A stretch of 64,000 bases of DNA from Chiloscyllium plagiosum. Lineage: Eukaryota. Position 1 is the stretch's first letter. The number at the start of each line of letters is the position of its first letter. Shown piece by piece: positions 25,063 through 38,539 of the stretch. The DNA is taken from assembly GCF_004010195.1 (NCBI RefSeq), contig NC_057719.1, positions 12,034,002 through 12,098,001 of the forward strand. The letters run 5' to 3'. A model generated the notes under the pieces. The model worked only from the letters and a program-made list of their open reading frames with translations. It was not told the origin of the DNA and made no database searches. Made by a program: the position numbers and the translations under genes.

Positions 25063-25153
25063 CTAAAACCATTAACTTAATTTTAAACAAAGCTTTGAAC
25101 TTTTTTTAAAAATAAAAGCACTCTCAGCTCATTTCCAAAAGGCAAAAACTAGT

Positions 25154-25460
25154 GGGCGACACGGTGGCACAGTGATTAGCACTGCTGCCTCACAGCGCCA
25201 GAGACCCGGGTTCTATTCCTGACTCAGGCGACTGACTGTGTGGAGTTTGCACATTCTCCCCGTGTCTGCGTGGGGGTGCTCCAGTTTCCTCCCACAGTCC
25301 AAAGATGTGCAGGTCAGGTGAATTGGCCATGCTAAATTGCCCATAGTGTTAGGTAAAGTGGTAAATGTAGGGGAATGGGTGGGATGTGCTTCGGCGGGTC
25401 GGTGTGGACTTGTTGGGCCAAAGGGCCTGTTTCCACACTGTAAGTAATCTAATCTAATCA
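25154..25460 (+). mobile_element. HE1-type SINE
   Basis: tRNA-like head, V-core, (taatc)n tail. Confidence 0.9.
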
Positions 25461-26704
25461 AAAACAAGGTGGACATCAGCCACTGTTAGTCTGTGTTCAC
25501 GGTCTCAGTCGAGCTGGAAGGAAGTATGTCTCAATTGGTTTTAGTGCCTCTCGAATAAGTAATATGAGATCAACCCCAATTTGCAGATTGATTGCTATTC
25601 AGTAAACTCCCCTTCAGGTAAGAACATAGTTTGCGTGGATGTCAGCAGGTAGCAGGACAGTGATCAATGGTTAAACAGCTAACTGCTGACTGTAACTAGG
25701 TTTCCACATAAGGAATCCCCTGGCACCATGGAGTAGTGTAAGTTACCCTATCTTGGGGAAAAAAAAACTTGCAATGAAAAAAATGCAAGAGTAATTGTAT
25801 ACTTATAACATTGCCATAAGACCATAAAAAATAGGAATAGGAGAAGGTTGTTTGGCCTCTCGAGCCTGCTCCGTTATTTGATAAAATCATGGCTAATCTG
25901 ACATTTCTCACATCCTCTTTCCCCCACTTTCCCATACCCATTGATTCTCCTACTAATCATAAGCCTAGAAGACAGAAGAAAAAATCTCTTGGCAATGATT
26001 TAATTCTCCAGTGGCAAGTAACTGAAGAAATATAATAGCAATTCTCCTTTGAGTTCTCTGCCCAAAGACAAATTTGCTGCAATGTCCACTATGAATTGGT
26101 CTCAAATCTACTCCAGCGAGAACAGGGATTGAATTTTATTTTGTTGGCTCCAATCTGATCTACATCAGATGGAGCTATGGACACTGATGGTGGAAGTACT
26201 CATTTCTTTCCATTACATGACTGACCAGGAATCTCTTGCATACTTATAACCTGTCTTGGAAGGATTCATAAGTTGACATGCAACCTTTCAGCTACATTAT
26301 GAATGCATCAAGTCTTGGGGTAGCATTTCAACACAGAATTTCTAATTGAGAGGCAGGAATTCTACACAGTGCACCACAACACCTCCTCTTCATAATAGTG
26401 ACCCTCACATGCAAAGATCAACTATTAGGAAGGATGAAGAAATTTAAGCTTTGTACTTGAAAAAGTTGGCAATTAAAGTTTTTTTTTTGTTCATTTATGG
26501 GGCATGGACATTGCTGGCTGGCCAGCATTTATTCCAGTCCCTTGTTGCCCTTGAAAAGGTGGTGATGAGCTACCATCTTCTCAAGAATATTGAGATTGTT
26601 TTACATACAATCTAAAATGAAAGTACGGGGGGGATGTGTTTGGTTGGGTAAAGTGATCTTTTCTCATTCTTGACATTTTCTACGTCTTGTTAAAGTGAAC
26701 ATAC

Positions 26705-26833
26705 CAGATTTGCAATAGCTTCTTCAATGACATCTTTTATTTTGATATGGTGTAGCTTGTAGTGCTTAGCCAGCTTCTCTGCTATTGAGGTTTTTCCTAC
26801 TGCGGGAGGTCCCAGAATTGCGATTTTTAGTGG
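26705..26833 (-). CDS. AK7: AK7 exon with P-loop ([43 protein letters not shown])
   Basis: tcacag acceptor, gtatgt donor, 129 nt; Walker A GPPAVGKT. Confidence 0.97.
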
Positions 26834-27759
26834 CTGTGAAAAATAAATTGCAAAAACCCATTGACTACTTTGGCTTAAAATCAAAAAATCTTACAAGAGT
26901 TCCAGAAAGTAACAAAGAATCTGTAAACAATAAGGTAGAAAATAAACACAGAGAGGTATGCAGTTCAATATTCCTTTTTTGCTAATTAAGCACAATGTGG
27001 AGGTGCGGGTATTGGACTGGGGTGGATAAGATCAGAAGTCAGTAACTTGACCTGACAAAGGGGAAGCACTATAAAAGTGCATGATTTCAAATAAATCTAT
27101 TGCACTATAACCTGGTGTCATGTGACTTCTCAGCTAATTTAGCTAAGACTGTATTCTGGGAAGGTGATTGAAGGGCTGAGAATTTTAACTGCTGGGGTTC
27201 ATTAACATGTTGCCAGTCTGCATCTCACCTATGCAGAAAGACAAGAAGTAAATATTGGCTACTAGCACAGAGGGAATGGGGAAAATACAAAAGGGTTTCA
27301 GGAAGGGAAGATGGGAGAGAAAGATGGAGAGTGGTGAGGGCAGAGGTTGAGCAGGGGAAATCTTGTCTTTCCTCGTGGAGCCCAGAAGACCACACCTGCT
27401 TGGTATTTGTGAGTATTTAGTAATGAAGCAGAGGTGTGAAGACAATCTACTTCAAACATTCAGGGGATGAAAATAGCATAGTGATAATGTTACTGTAGTA
27501 ATCCAGTGAAACAGGTTCAAAATCCAATGACAGTCATTGGTGGAATATACACTCAATTAATAAAAACCTGGAATATAAAGCTCAACTTATTAATAGTCAC
27601 CCATGAACCTAGTGGCAAAAAAATTGTTTTGGATCGCTAATGACCACAGGGAAGGAAGTCTGATAGTCCTCTCCCAGACTGGCCGACTCATGACTCCAAG
27701 CCCACAACAATGACTGAGTGCTTAATTGTACTCAGCAATGGCCCAGCAACCCAGTCAGA

Positions 27760-30700
27760 GTCGCAGAGTCATAGAGATGAACCGTACGGAAACAGACCTT
27801 TCAGTACAACTTGTCCAGGCCAACCAGCCATCCGAAACTAATCTAGTCCCATTTGCCAGAACTTGGCCCGTATCCCTCTATTCACATACCCATCCAGATG
27901 CCTTTTAAATGTTGCAATTGTACCAGCCTCCACCACTTCATCTGACAGTTCATTCTATACACACACCACCCTCTGCATGAAAAGGTTGCCCCTAAGGTCC
28001 CTTTTAAATCATTTCCCTCTCACCCCAAACCTATGCCCTCTAGTTCTGGACTGCCCCACCGCAGGGAAAAGACCTTGCCTATTTATCCTATCCATGCTCC
28101 ATATGATCTTATAAATCTCAATAAGATCACCCCTCAGCCTCCAATGTTCCAGGGAAAGCAGCCACAGCCCATTCAGCCTCTATATAACTCAACCCCCCCC
28201 CCGACCTGGCAATATCCTTGTAAACCTTTTATGAACCCTTTCAAGTTTCATAATACCCTTTTGACAGGAAGGAGACCAGAATTCCACACACTATTCCGAA
28301 AGTGGCCTAACTGATGCCCTGTACAGCCGCAATATGACCGCCCAACTCCTTTGGTCAATACTCTGACCAATAAAGGAAAACATACCAAATGCCACCTTCA
28401 CTATCCTATCCACCTGTGACTCCATTTACAAGGAACTATGAACCTGCACTCTAAGTGTTGCACCAGCAACACTTCCTAGGACCATTAAGTGTATAAGTTC
28501 TGCCCTGATTTGCCTTTTCAAAATGCAACACCTCATATTTAACCAAATTAAACTCGATCTGCTATTCCTTGGCCCATTGGCCCATCTGATCAAGACCTCA
28601 TTGTACTCTGAGATAACCTTCACTTTCCACTATACTTCCAATTTTGGTATCTTCTGTAAACTTACCCCCAAATCATTTACATAAATGATGAAAAGCAGTG
28701 GACCCAGCACCAATTCTTGTGGCACACTATTGGTCACAGGCCTCCAGTCTGAAAGGCCACCCTCCACCCCTATCCCCTGTCTTCTACCTTCAAGCCAGCT
28801 CTGTACCAAATAGAACATAGAACATAGAACTGTACTGCACAGTACAGGCCCTTCAGCCCTCGATGTTGTGCCGGCCTTCTATCCTACTCTAAGATCAGAT
28901 TAACCCACATACCCTTCATTGTACTGACTTCCATCTGCCTATCCAAGAGTTGCTTAAATTTCCCTAAAGTGTCTGACTCTACTACCACTGCTGGTCGTGC
29001 ATTCCACGCACCCATCTCTCTCTGAGTAAAGAACCTAGCTCTGATATCTCCTGCAAGCCTTCTTCCAATTACCTTAAAAACCATCCTGGGAAAAATCTAT
29101 GGCTATCCACTCTATCTATTTCTCTCAACATCTTGTATATTTTTATCAAGTCACCTCTCATCCTTCTTTGCTCCAATGAGAAAAACCCTAGCTCCCTCAA
29201 CCGTTCTTTATAAGACATACCCCCCCAGTCTAGGCAAATCTCCTTTGCACTCTTCTAAAGCTTCCACATCCTTCCTATAATGAGGTGACCAAAAATGAAC
29301 ACAATATTCCAAGTGTGGTCTAACCAGGGCTCTATAGAGCTGCAGCATAACCTTGTAGCTCTTAAACTCAATTCCCCTATGAACGAAAGCCAACACACCA
29401 TACACCTTCTTAACAACCCTATCAACGTGGGTAGCAACTTTGAGAGATCTATGGACCTCAAGATCCCTCTGTTCCTCCACCCTGCCAAGAATTCTGCCTC
29501 TAACCCTGTGTTCTGCATTCAAATTCGACCTTCCAAAGTAAATGACTTCACACTTTTTCAGGTTGAACTCCATTTGCCACTAAACAGCCCAGTTCTGCAT
29601 TCTGTCAATGTCCCGTTGCAAGCTAAAATAGCCCTACACACTATCTACCACTCCAACAACCTTCATGTCATCAGCAAGCTTACTAACCCACCCTTCCACT
29701 TCCTCATCCAAGTCATTTACGAAAATCACAAAGAGCAGAGGTCCCAGAACCAATTCCTGCGGAACACCACTGGTCACCAAGCTCCAGGCTGAATATTTTC
29801 CATCTACCACCACCCTCTGTTTTCTATGTGTCTTCTATGAGCCAGCCACTTCAGTATCCTGACAGACAGGTTTCCCTCTATCCCAAATCTCCTTATTTTC
29901 TGAATGAGCCGATCATAGGGAACCTTATCAAACACCTTGCTAAAATCCATGTACACCACATCTACTGCTCTACCTTCATCAATGTCTTTTGTCACATTTT
30001 CAAAGGATTCAACAAGGTTTGTGAGGTATGACTTGCCCCTCACAAAGCTATGCTGACTATCTCTAATCAAGCTATGGTTTTCCAAGTAATCAAATCTAAC
30101 CTCTCTGAATCCTCACACATAAGACTGACTGGTCTGTAATTCCCAGGATTATCCCTATTCCCTTTCTTGAACAAGGAAATAACATTCGCCACCCTCCAAT
30201 CATCTGACATTATTCCAGTGGACAGTGATCATCGCCAAAGGTGCAGCAATCTTTTCCCTCACTTCCTGTAGTAACCTAGGAAATAACATGTCTGGCCCAG
30301 GGGATTTATCTGTCCTCATGATTTTCAAAATTTTCAGCACATCCTCCTTCTTAACATCAATCCATTCAAGCATGTCAATCTGTTTCATGCTATCCTCAAA
30401 AACGTCAAGGTCCCACTCAGTAGTGAATACTGAAGCAAAGTATTCATGAATGACCTCCTCTACTTCCTCCAACTCCAGGCATATTCCCTCCACTATCCCT
30501 GATTGGCCCTTCACTCATGCTGGCCATCCTTTTGGTCTTCACATAAGTGTAGAACATCTTCGAGTCTTCCTTAATCTTACACTAAAAGCTAAAGCTTTTT
30601 TATTGCTCCTTCTCATTTTCCTAAGTGCAAACTTCAGTTCCTTCTTGCCTATCTTGTAACCCTCCAGAGCCCTGTCTGATCCTTGCCTCCTCAACCTTAA

Positions 30701-33530
30701 TTAAACTTCCTTCATCCTCTTGACTAGATGTTCCACATTCCTTGTCATCCACGGTTCTTTCAACCTTCCATCCCTTCCTTGCCTCAGGGGCATAAACCTG
30801 TCCAGCACTATCAGCAGATGCTTCCTAAACGACCGCCACATTTCTGTTGTGCATTTCCCTGAGAACATCTGTTTCTATTCGAGATGTGCCAGTTCCTGCA
30901 TAAATAGCTTTGTAATTCTCCCTCCCCCAATTAAATATTTTCCCATACCATCTGCTCCTATCCCTCTCCATGAGTATAGTAATGGTCATGAAATTGAGAT
31001 AACTATCACCAAAATGATCTCTCACTGAGAGATCTGACAGCTCGCATGTTGCCAAGCGCCAAATCCAATAAGGCCTCCCCTCTGGTCAGCCTATCTATAT
31101 ATTGCATCAGGAACCCTTCCTGGACACACCTAACAAAAACTGTTTCATCGAAACTATTTGAACTAAGGAGGTTCCAATCAATATTAGGGAAGTTAAAGTC
31201 ACCCATGACACAGCCCTGTTACTTCTGTACCTTTCAAAAATCTGCCTCCCAATCTGCTCCTCCGTGTCTCTGTTGCTATTGGGGGGCCTGTAGAAAACTT
31301 GGGCGACAACACGCCATCCGAGTTTCTCGCTGACGACCACAAATGTCCTGTCTGTTCCTCTCACGATGGCTAGTTCTCCCTGTATTCATGTGATTTAACT
31401 GTGCTGACCAGTCTATCATGAGGAACCTTGTTGAATGCCATACTGAAGTCCATATACATCATGCACTACCATCATCAATCCTCTTCATTATTTCTTCAAA
31501 AACTCAATCAAGTTAGTGAGCCATGTTGACTGTCCCTAATCAGTCCTTGCCTTTCCAAATATATATAAACCCTTTCCCTCAAGATTCCATCCAACGACTT
31601 GCCCACTACTGATGTCAGGCTCACTGTTCTATAGTTCCTTGGCTTGTCCTTAACACCTTTCTGAAATAGTGGTACCACATGGGCCAACCTCCCGTCTTCC
31701 GCCACCTCATCTGTGACTATTGATGATACAAATAATTCAACAAGGGGCCCAGCAATCACTTCCCTAGCCTCCCACAGAGTTCTAGGTCACACCTGATCAG
31801 GTCCAAGGCTTTTATCCACCTTTATGTGTTTTAAGACATCCAGCATTCTCTCCTCTGTAATATGGACATTTTTGAATATGTCACCATCTATTTCCCCACA
31901 TTCTATATCTTCCATGTCCTTCTCCACAATCAACACTGATGCAAAATACTCATTTTGTATATGCCCCATCTCCTCCACATCGGCTGCCTTGCTGATCGTT
32001 GAGGGGCTTTATTATCTCCCTATTTACTCTTTTGTCCTTAATGTATTTATAAAATCCCTTTGGCTTCTCCTTTACCATATTTACCAAAGCTATGTTATGT
32101 CCCGTTTTTGCCCTCCTGATTTCCTTCTTCTGTGCACTCCTACTGCCTTTATACTCTTCTAAGGATTCACTTGATCTCTGCTGTCTATATTTGACATATG
32201 CTTCTTTCTTTTTCTTAACCAAACCCTGAATTTCACTAGTCATCCAGCATTCTCTACAGCCTCGCCTTTCACCCTAATAGGAATATACTCTGTCTGGACT
32301 CACGTTATCTCATTTTTGAAGGCTTCCCATTGTCCAGCCGTCCCTTTACCTGAAAACATCTGCCCCCAACCAACTTTTGAAAGTTCTTGCCAAATATCGT
32401 TAAAGTTGGATTTCCTCCAATTTAGAACTTCAACTTTTAGATCTGGTCTATCCTTTTCCATCACTGTTTTAAAACTAATAGAATTATGGTCACTGGCCCC
32501 AAAGCACTCTCCCACTGACACCTCAGCCACCTGCCCTGCCTTATTTCTCAAGAGGAGGTCAAGTTTTGCACCTTTTCTGATAGATTCATCCACATTTTCT
32601 TGTACACACCTAACAAATTCCTCTCCATCTAAACTCTTAACACTATGACAGTCCCAGTCTATGCTTGGAAAGTTAAAATCCCTTACCATAACCACCCTAA
32701 AGATATCTGAGAACTCCTTACAAATTTGTTTCTCAATTTCCCACTGACTATTGGGAGGTCTATAGTACAATCCCAATAAGGTAATCATCCCTTTCTCATT
32801 TGTCAGTTCCACACAAATAACTTCTCGAGATGTATTCCCAGTAATATCCTCCCTAAGTACATACGTAATATTATCCCTCATCATAAACGCCACTGCCCCT
32901 TCTCTCCTGTCCCCCTTCCTATCCTTGCTGTGGCATCTATACTCTGGAATATTAAGCAACCAGACCTGTCCATCACTGAGCAACATCTCTGTAATTGCTT
33001 AGAAATCCCAGTCCCATGTTCCTAATCATGCCCTGAGGAGATCTGCCTTCCCTGTTAGGCCTCTTGCGTTGAAATAAATGCAGTTTAATTTATCAGTCCT
33101 ACATCATTCTCTGCTTTGTTCCAGCCTGCCTGATTGTTTGACTTGCTCTTTTTCACAACCGTACCAATTTCAGACTGATCTCTTTCCTCACTATCCCTCG
33201 GGTCCTCCCCCTCCTCCCCAACCTCCATTCCTGCCTCCCCAAACTTACTAGTTTAAATCCGTCCAAACAGCTCTAGCAAATCTCCCTGCCAGTATATTCG
33301 TCCCCGAGCAATTCATGTGCAATCTGTCCTTCTTATACAGGCCACTTCTACCCCAAAAAAGATGCCAATGATCCAAAAATGTGAACTTTTGTCCCCTCCA
33401 CCAGTTCCTCAGCCATGCATTCATGTGCTCAATCCTCGTATTCCAGTTCAAGAGCAACAAAGGCTGGCTTTGCCAGCTCTTCACATTCCATTAGAGAATA
33501 AAGGAAAACAATTAATTCCCACAAAATTCA
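27760..33530 (-). mobile_element. Long CR1-type LINE (ORF1 esterase remnant, APE endonuclease, RT), interrupted at about 28811-31367 by another CR1
   Basis: FTFLDHW..FWGR.GLYKKDRLH (ORF1 SGNH-like), GLYYRPPNS, DFNFP, SDH (APE); RT rejoins across the insert (ctgtaccaaat|ggctagttctcc). Confidence 0.88.
28811..31367 (-). mobile_element. Nested CR1-type LINE (same subfamily as 22450-24795)
   Basis: (tagaaca)n tail at 28811; RT and APE peptides GDFNFPNIDW, FYRPPNS. Confidence 0.9.
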
Positions 33531-33554
33531 AACAAGGCTAAGGAGAAATAGAAT

Positions 33555-33765
33555 GACAGAATTACTACACTGTGGAAGCGGGCCACTTGGCCCATCAAGT
33601 CCACAACGAACCTCCGAAGAGAATCCCACCCAGGCCCAGCCCCCCCTCCATGCTATCCTTATAATCCTGTATTCCTCATGGATAATCAACCTAGCTTGCA
33701 TATCTCTGAACACTATGGACAATTTTGCATGGCTAATCCACGAAACCTGCACAACTTTGGACTGT
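33555..33765 (-). mobile_element. HE1-like SINE, partial
   Basis: acagtccaaagttgtgcaggt...ccatgcaaaattgtcc motif and 3' tail. Confidence 0.65.
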
Positions 33766-34327
33766 TGGAGTTACTTTGAAGCCAGATTGGTAGCACTTGG
33801 GATCTGTGTGTGGTTATTGGGTGCAGTTTTGAACACCTTTGATCCAGGTCTCACTTATGAAGAAAGATCATTTGGATGAGGGAAGCAAACAGTACTCCAG
33901 CATGATTCAAGGCTCTTTTTAACAGGTTGGGAGAAAATATGATGGAGAAGAGACAACAATAGAGATGAACTTTATATTCCTCTAGCTTTCTTCAAGCTGG
34001 GCAAAGTATCGATAAATTCTCACTGTCAAATGCAGGAATGGAATGAATGGTCCAAAGGACAGTAAGGCTGAGTGTGAGGACATCAAAATATTTTTAGACT
34101 GCAAAAAATTAAAACTTTAAATGATGGAAATGATCAACAGGCTAGTCAACACTTACGAAGAAAGAAATTAGAGTTCACATTTCAAGTTAGTGACCTTTTA
34201 TCAGTTTTTGCCACTGTTCAATCTTTCTATAAGATTGAAGGAATATGAAGATGAATTGGGCATGCAAAATACAACCTGCAAAAAAAATCACCATAAGAAA
34301 TTATCTTGAGATAATATACAGATTTAC

Positions 34328-34477
34328 CAGAAGTATTCGAGATTGCTTGAATTCTTTGAAAAGGTTCTGAATGTTTTCCACAATACCATTTTCAGCCACC
34401 CAGTGGATGTTGAAGTTTTCTTTGATGAAAAAAGCCTCCATTGTCAGATTCACCATCAAGTGATCAAGATCTGATTG
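34328..34477 (-). CDS. AK7: AK7 exon ([50 protein letters not shown])
   Basis: caacag acceptor, gtaaat donor, 150 nt. Confidence 0.95.
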
Positions 34478-35481
34478 CTGTTGGAGCAGAAAGGAGACTT
34501 AAATTTAAAATTTTGAAAGATTGAGCTTATTTTTTAAAACAAAACAAAATAAGGTTTGTCTTGTAGGTAAAATCAAAATTACAGTAGCTGTGCAATGTGG
34601 AAGATTCTGTTGAACCAAATCCGCTCGACGTTACAGAGCGAAACAATAAACATTAGAAACGTGAAGTAAATTTTGAAAATGCTGGTAATATTCAGCAAGT
34701 CAGGCAGCATCTGTGGAGAGATGCAGAGTTCATGTTTCAGACTTCTGGTGCTCAGTCATCAGCCTGAAAATTTATCTATGTTTCATAGTCTAATGGTGCA
34801 GCATTGTCTTATCATATTCCATTTAACATACTTATCTGCAATTGCTTTTCAAATGATGACGAAGCTCCTCAATTTCATAGTTTGCAATTGTTATTATTTG
34901 GAATGCATGTACAAAATAAACCAGTGTCACTTCCCCTTACAGCAAACAGCTCCCAGAGTACATGTTGTAATGGTTCCTCCTTTATGTCTTTTCTTCTCGT
35001 AATCTACCCTGTTTTACATTTTCCCTCTAAGAATGCCTGACAACTTCTTATTGCTCCAACATATCTCTGATTCTTATTTCCCATATTCTCCAGTCATGTT
35101 TCTTCTATCTACTTAGCTAATCTATCTCTTTCTTCTCATTTACTCATGACTTGCTATTCTGTCCTTTCCCAGTAATGGTTTCTAATCAGATTAGTGTGGC
35201 ATACAGAGTAAAAGATTCAATAAAATTCCCATATTTATAAAAGAAACAGAGGCCATACAAATAAGATTTTCAAACATGAAAGCTATAGAAGAAGGTAAGC
35301 ACAGCAGCATCTAATGTCTTCTATAAAAACAATCTGCTCTTTTTGTTCTAAGGAAATGAACAACAATAGAAAGGTTGTGATGACTATGGAAAGCCCCTTA
35401 TTTATTACTTAGCTAAATTAAATGGAAATTCAAAAGTTAAGCAGAAGGATGGTTAAAAATTGCAATAAATGATATACTAAC

Positions 35482-35556
35482 CGTCAAGTCATAGTTGAGC
35501 AGGGCATCTGCTTCAGGAATGTGTTGAACCTTGCCAGGCCCAAGTTTGCTGATCGC
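35482..35556 (-). CDS. AK7: AK7 exon (AISKLGPGKVQHIPEADALLNYDLT)
   Basis: tgacag acceptor, gttagt donor, 75 nt; ISK..GPGK.Q.IP motif. Confidence 0.92.
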
Positions 35557-35903
35557 CTGTCAAGATAATTACTATATTTACTTGCAGTCTCTAAAGATAG
35601 TAGAATTGGAATCTAGATTGAACTGTTCTTTCCAGAACTCTTAATTACCAAGTCATCCAACAGATAATTAAATGATATAGAACAGAAGGGCAATGGTTGA
35701 ATTTCTTACTTGATACAGTTTATCTTATGATAAGAAGAAATAACTATATAATGAATTATCATGTCTAAATGTCTCAAAGCACTTCATGTGATGAATCATG
35801 CATGCATTCATTCAGTGTTATACAAGCAAAAGAGACATACATACCATACTAATAACATCGAACAAGTAGAACTGACATAGATGGCTAGCTATTCTGTGCT
35901 ATT

Positions 35904-36030
35904 CCTGATGAAGTACTGATGCCCAAAACGTCGATTCTCCTGCTCCTCGAATGCTGCCTGGCCTGTTATGCTTTTCAAGCACCACACTCTTTACTCTGAT
36001 CTCCAACATCTGCAGTCCTCACTTTCTCCT
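35904..36030 (+). mobile_element. 127-bp solo hammerhead/pLTR unit with 12-bp TSD
   Basis: Starts cctgatgaag...; TTCTGTGCTATT at 35892-35903 and 36031-36042. Confidence 0.85.
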
Positions 36031-36748
36031 TTCTGTGCTATTGGTTGGGTGCATTATTGACCAGGAAACCGTGAGAACTCTTTTTCTTTGAAAATTTCTG
36101 TAGTAACTTTAACACTCTTGCGAAACACTTCAACACAATGATGCCCAGCAAATCAGCTGAAGGACAAGCAAATTGGAAGTGGGCGAACGTGTAATTTTCC
36201 ACTACTGGCTTCCATGCTGGTTTGGTATTCAATCCCACCTAAGCTATTTTATGTGAATTTCCTTTGGTCGGACTAACTGCCATAAAGTGGCGAGCAGTCA
36301 ACTGAACCCAATTATTATCAATTATGTAAAAGTTTAAGAGCACCATTCCTGTGCTGACAGGAATTTCTAGTCAGCGCTGAGGGTAGCCAACTTGACTATG
36401 ACTCCGTTTGGCTCAATGGATCAACCAAAAGACAGTTCCGAGATCCATAAGTGAATGGAACTGCAACCAGAGTTTCATAAAAATGGAGGAGGGGAATATC
36501 GGTAACGTATTCTTCACAAGTCAAAATTAAGTTAAGACAAGTTAAATAATATTTTATTCAAAGTATAAATGCACAATTAGAATTTATACACTTTATCACA
36601 TTAGAACAGTTTAAAACTTAGCTTCTTAGATTATAACAGTGTCTATAATTAAAAAGTATGTTATTGGCTGTGAAGCACTTTGAGATAGCAGGTGGAAGTG
36701 AAAGACACATAAATGCCTTTATTTCAGGAACAATCTCTAAGTCTTTAC

Positions 36749-36839
36749 CTTGATTATTTCTTTCATCTTGTGCTTTGAGTCATCCATTGCAAGAATGTAG
36801 TTTGTTTTTGGTCTTCGTTCTAATATGTTTTGTATAACT
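36749..36839 (-). CDS. AK7: AK7 exon (VIQNILERRPKTNYILAMDDSKHKMKEIIK)
   Basis: ttacag acceptor, gtaaag donor, 91 nt, phase 2 to 0. Confidence 0.93.
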
Positions 36840-37859
36840 CTGTAAGATAAGGCCAAAAACAGGTCACTCATAAACTCATTGGTCCAAAAATCACCCACAC
36901 TGAAATAACCACACGTACTCCATTTCCAAACAACTTGGAAATTTGAGATAGTTTAACAGGCAAAAATAATCAATCCAAATTCATCCGATATTTCAGCAAG
37001 TTTAAATGAGGGAGTGTTTCTCTTATCCCTATGGGAGGATCCACTAAGGTAGGATTGCAAGAGTAGGAAATAGTACAGCTGTATGCCTATCCTCTGATCT
37101 GCACAATTTCTGAGATCAGCTCCTGACTGGGAGTGAGGAGTCACTCCTTGTAACATTTCTGCTTATTATAAAAATCTGTTTATTCTCACCTCTTTGTTTG
37201 CTATTGAAATTAAAGGAAAATAGTTGTGATTGCTGAGTAATAAAAAGAAAAAAAAGTAACAATGTTTGAGGGACATATATTGGTTATTGCTTTGGGAATT
37301 CTCATTTCAAAATAGTGCCATGGGGTCTTTTATAGCCATCTGTCAGATGATCCAAGAGCTTAATGACTCACCTAATAAAGTACTTACGTCTTTTAAATGT
37401 TGTAATTATACCTGCATCCACCACTTTCCCTGACAGTTCATTTCATACACTAACCACTCTCTATGTGAAAAAGGTTGCCCCTCATGTCCTTTTTAAATCT
37501 GTCTCCTCTCAACGTAAAAGTAAACCCCCTACTACAATTAAGTAGTCCTTCATTTTTTTCACTAGTCTATTAACCTTCATTTTTATGCTGATGTCCTGGA
37601 GTGCCCTCTAATTCAGAGCTGAGTGTGCTGCCAATTGATCTACAGATTGCAGTGGTTGTGATGAAGTCAATGCTTGCTTTCAACAAGTACATTTACTTTT
37701 ATACATTTTGTTCTTTGGTTCTAAAAACAACTGTACATGTATCAGTACAGACATAAATATTGGTGCAACTGAAACAATAGAAGACAAGGAGAACCAAAAG
37801 ATAGAACTTTGCTCAGGAAAAGTATTCGAATTCCACAATATACTTTTTATCTCAACACC

Positions 37860-38160
37860 CTAGGGTGGGGTAGTTCAAAACCATGGGGTGTATTTTAAAA
37901 TGAGAGGAGAAAGATTTAAAAAGGACATGAGGGGCATTTTTATTTACACAGAGACTGGTTAGTATATGGAATGAACTGTCAGAGAAACTGATGGATGCAG
38001 GTACGGTTACAATGTTTAAAGACATAAGGACATGAATATGAAAGATTTAGAAGGATATGGCCCATATACAGGCAGGTGAGACTAATTTAGTTGGGAACAT
38101 GGTCAGCATGGACTGGTTGGACTGAGGAGATTGTTTCCATGCTGTATGGCTCTATGACTC
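37860..38160 (+). mobile_element. CR1-type 3' fragment
   Basis: gagaggagaaagatttaaaaaggacatgaggggc... tail ctctatgactc; an inverted relative lies at 37385-37530. Confidence 0.75.
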
Positions 38161-38539
38161 TTCGAGTCCATGACAATTAAGCCCTTGGAGCAGAAAGTAA
38201 GTGTGAGAGGCTTTCCTTAATGGTCAGCAACTTTATCAAATATCTGAGTCATTCAAATGAGGAAGATCCCAGATTCAAGCTCTTTTCAAGAGTTCAGTTG
38301 GTTCACCTCAGTTTTAGAGAATGGCAGAGAGCCACAATTGACACTATACTCAATTCAGCAAGGGCAAAATTCATCAAAGTATCATTCCTGATTACTGTCC
38401 AGTGAGCTCTGCTGTAAGGATAGGAAAGAAATTCACTTTAAATCAGTGTGCTAAGTGGGCATTAGTGCATCATCCATTTGACATACTCCAAGATTCAATA
38501 CATTTAAAATAAACAAAACTTTTTTTGAGAAGAGTTTTA

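Noticed and set aside
25154..25230. tRNA-like sequences with A/B boxes (also near 10240, 44580, 54915, 63260)
   Set aside because: Heads of HE1-type SINEs, not tRNA genes
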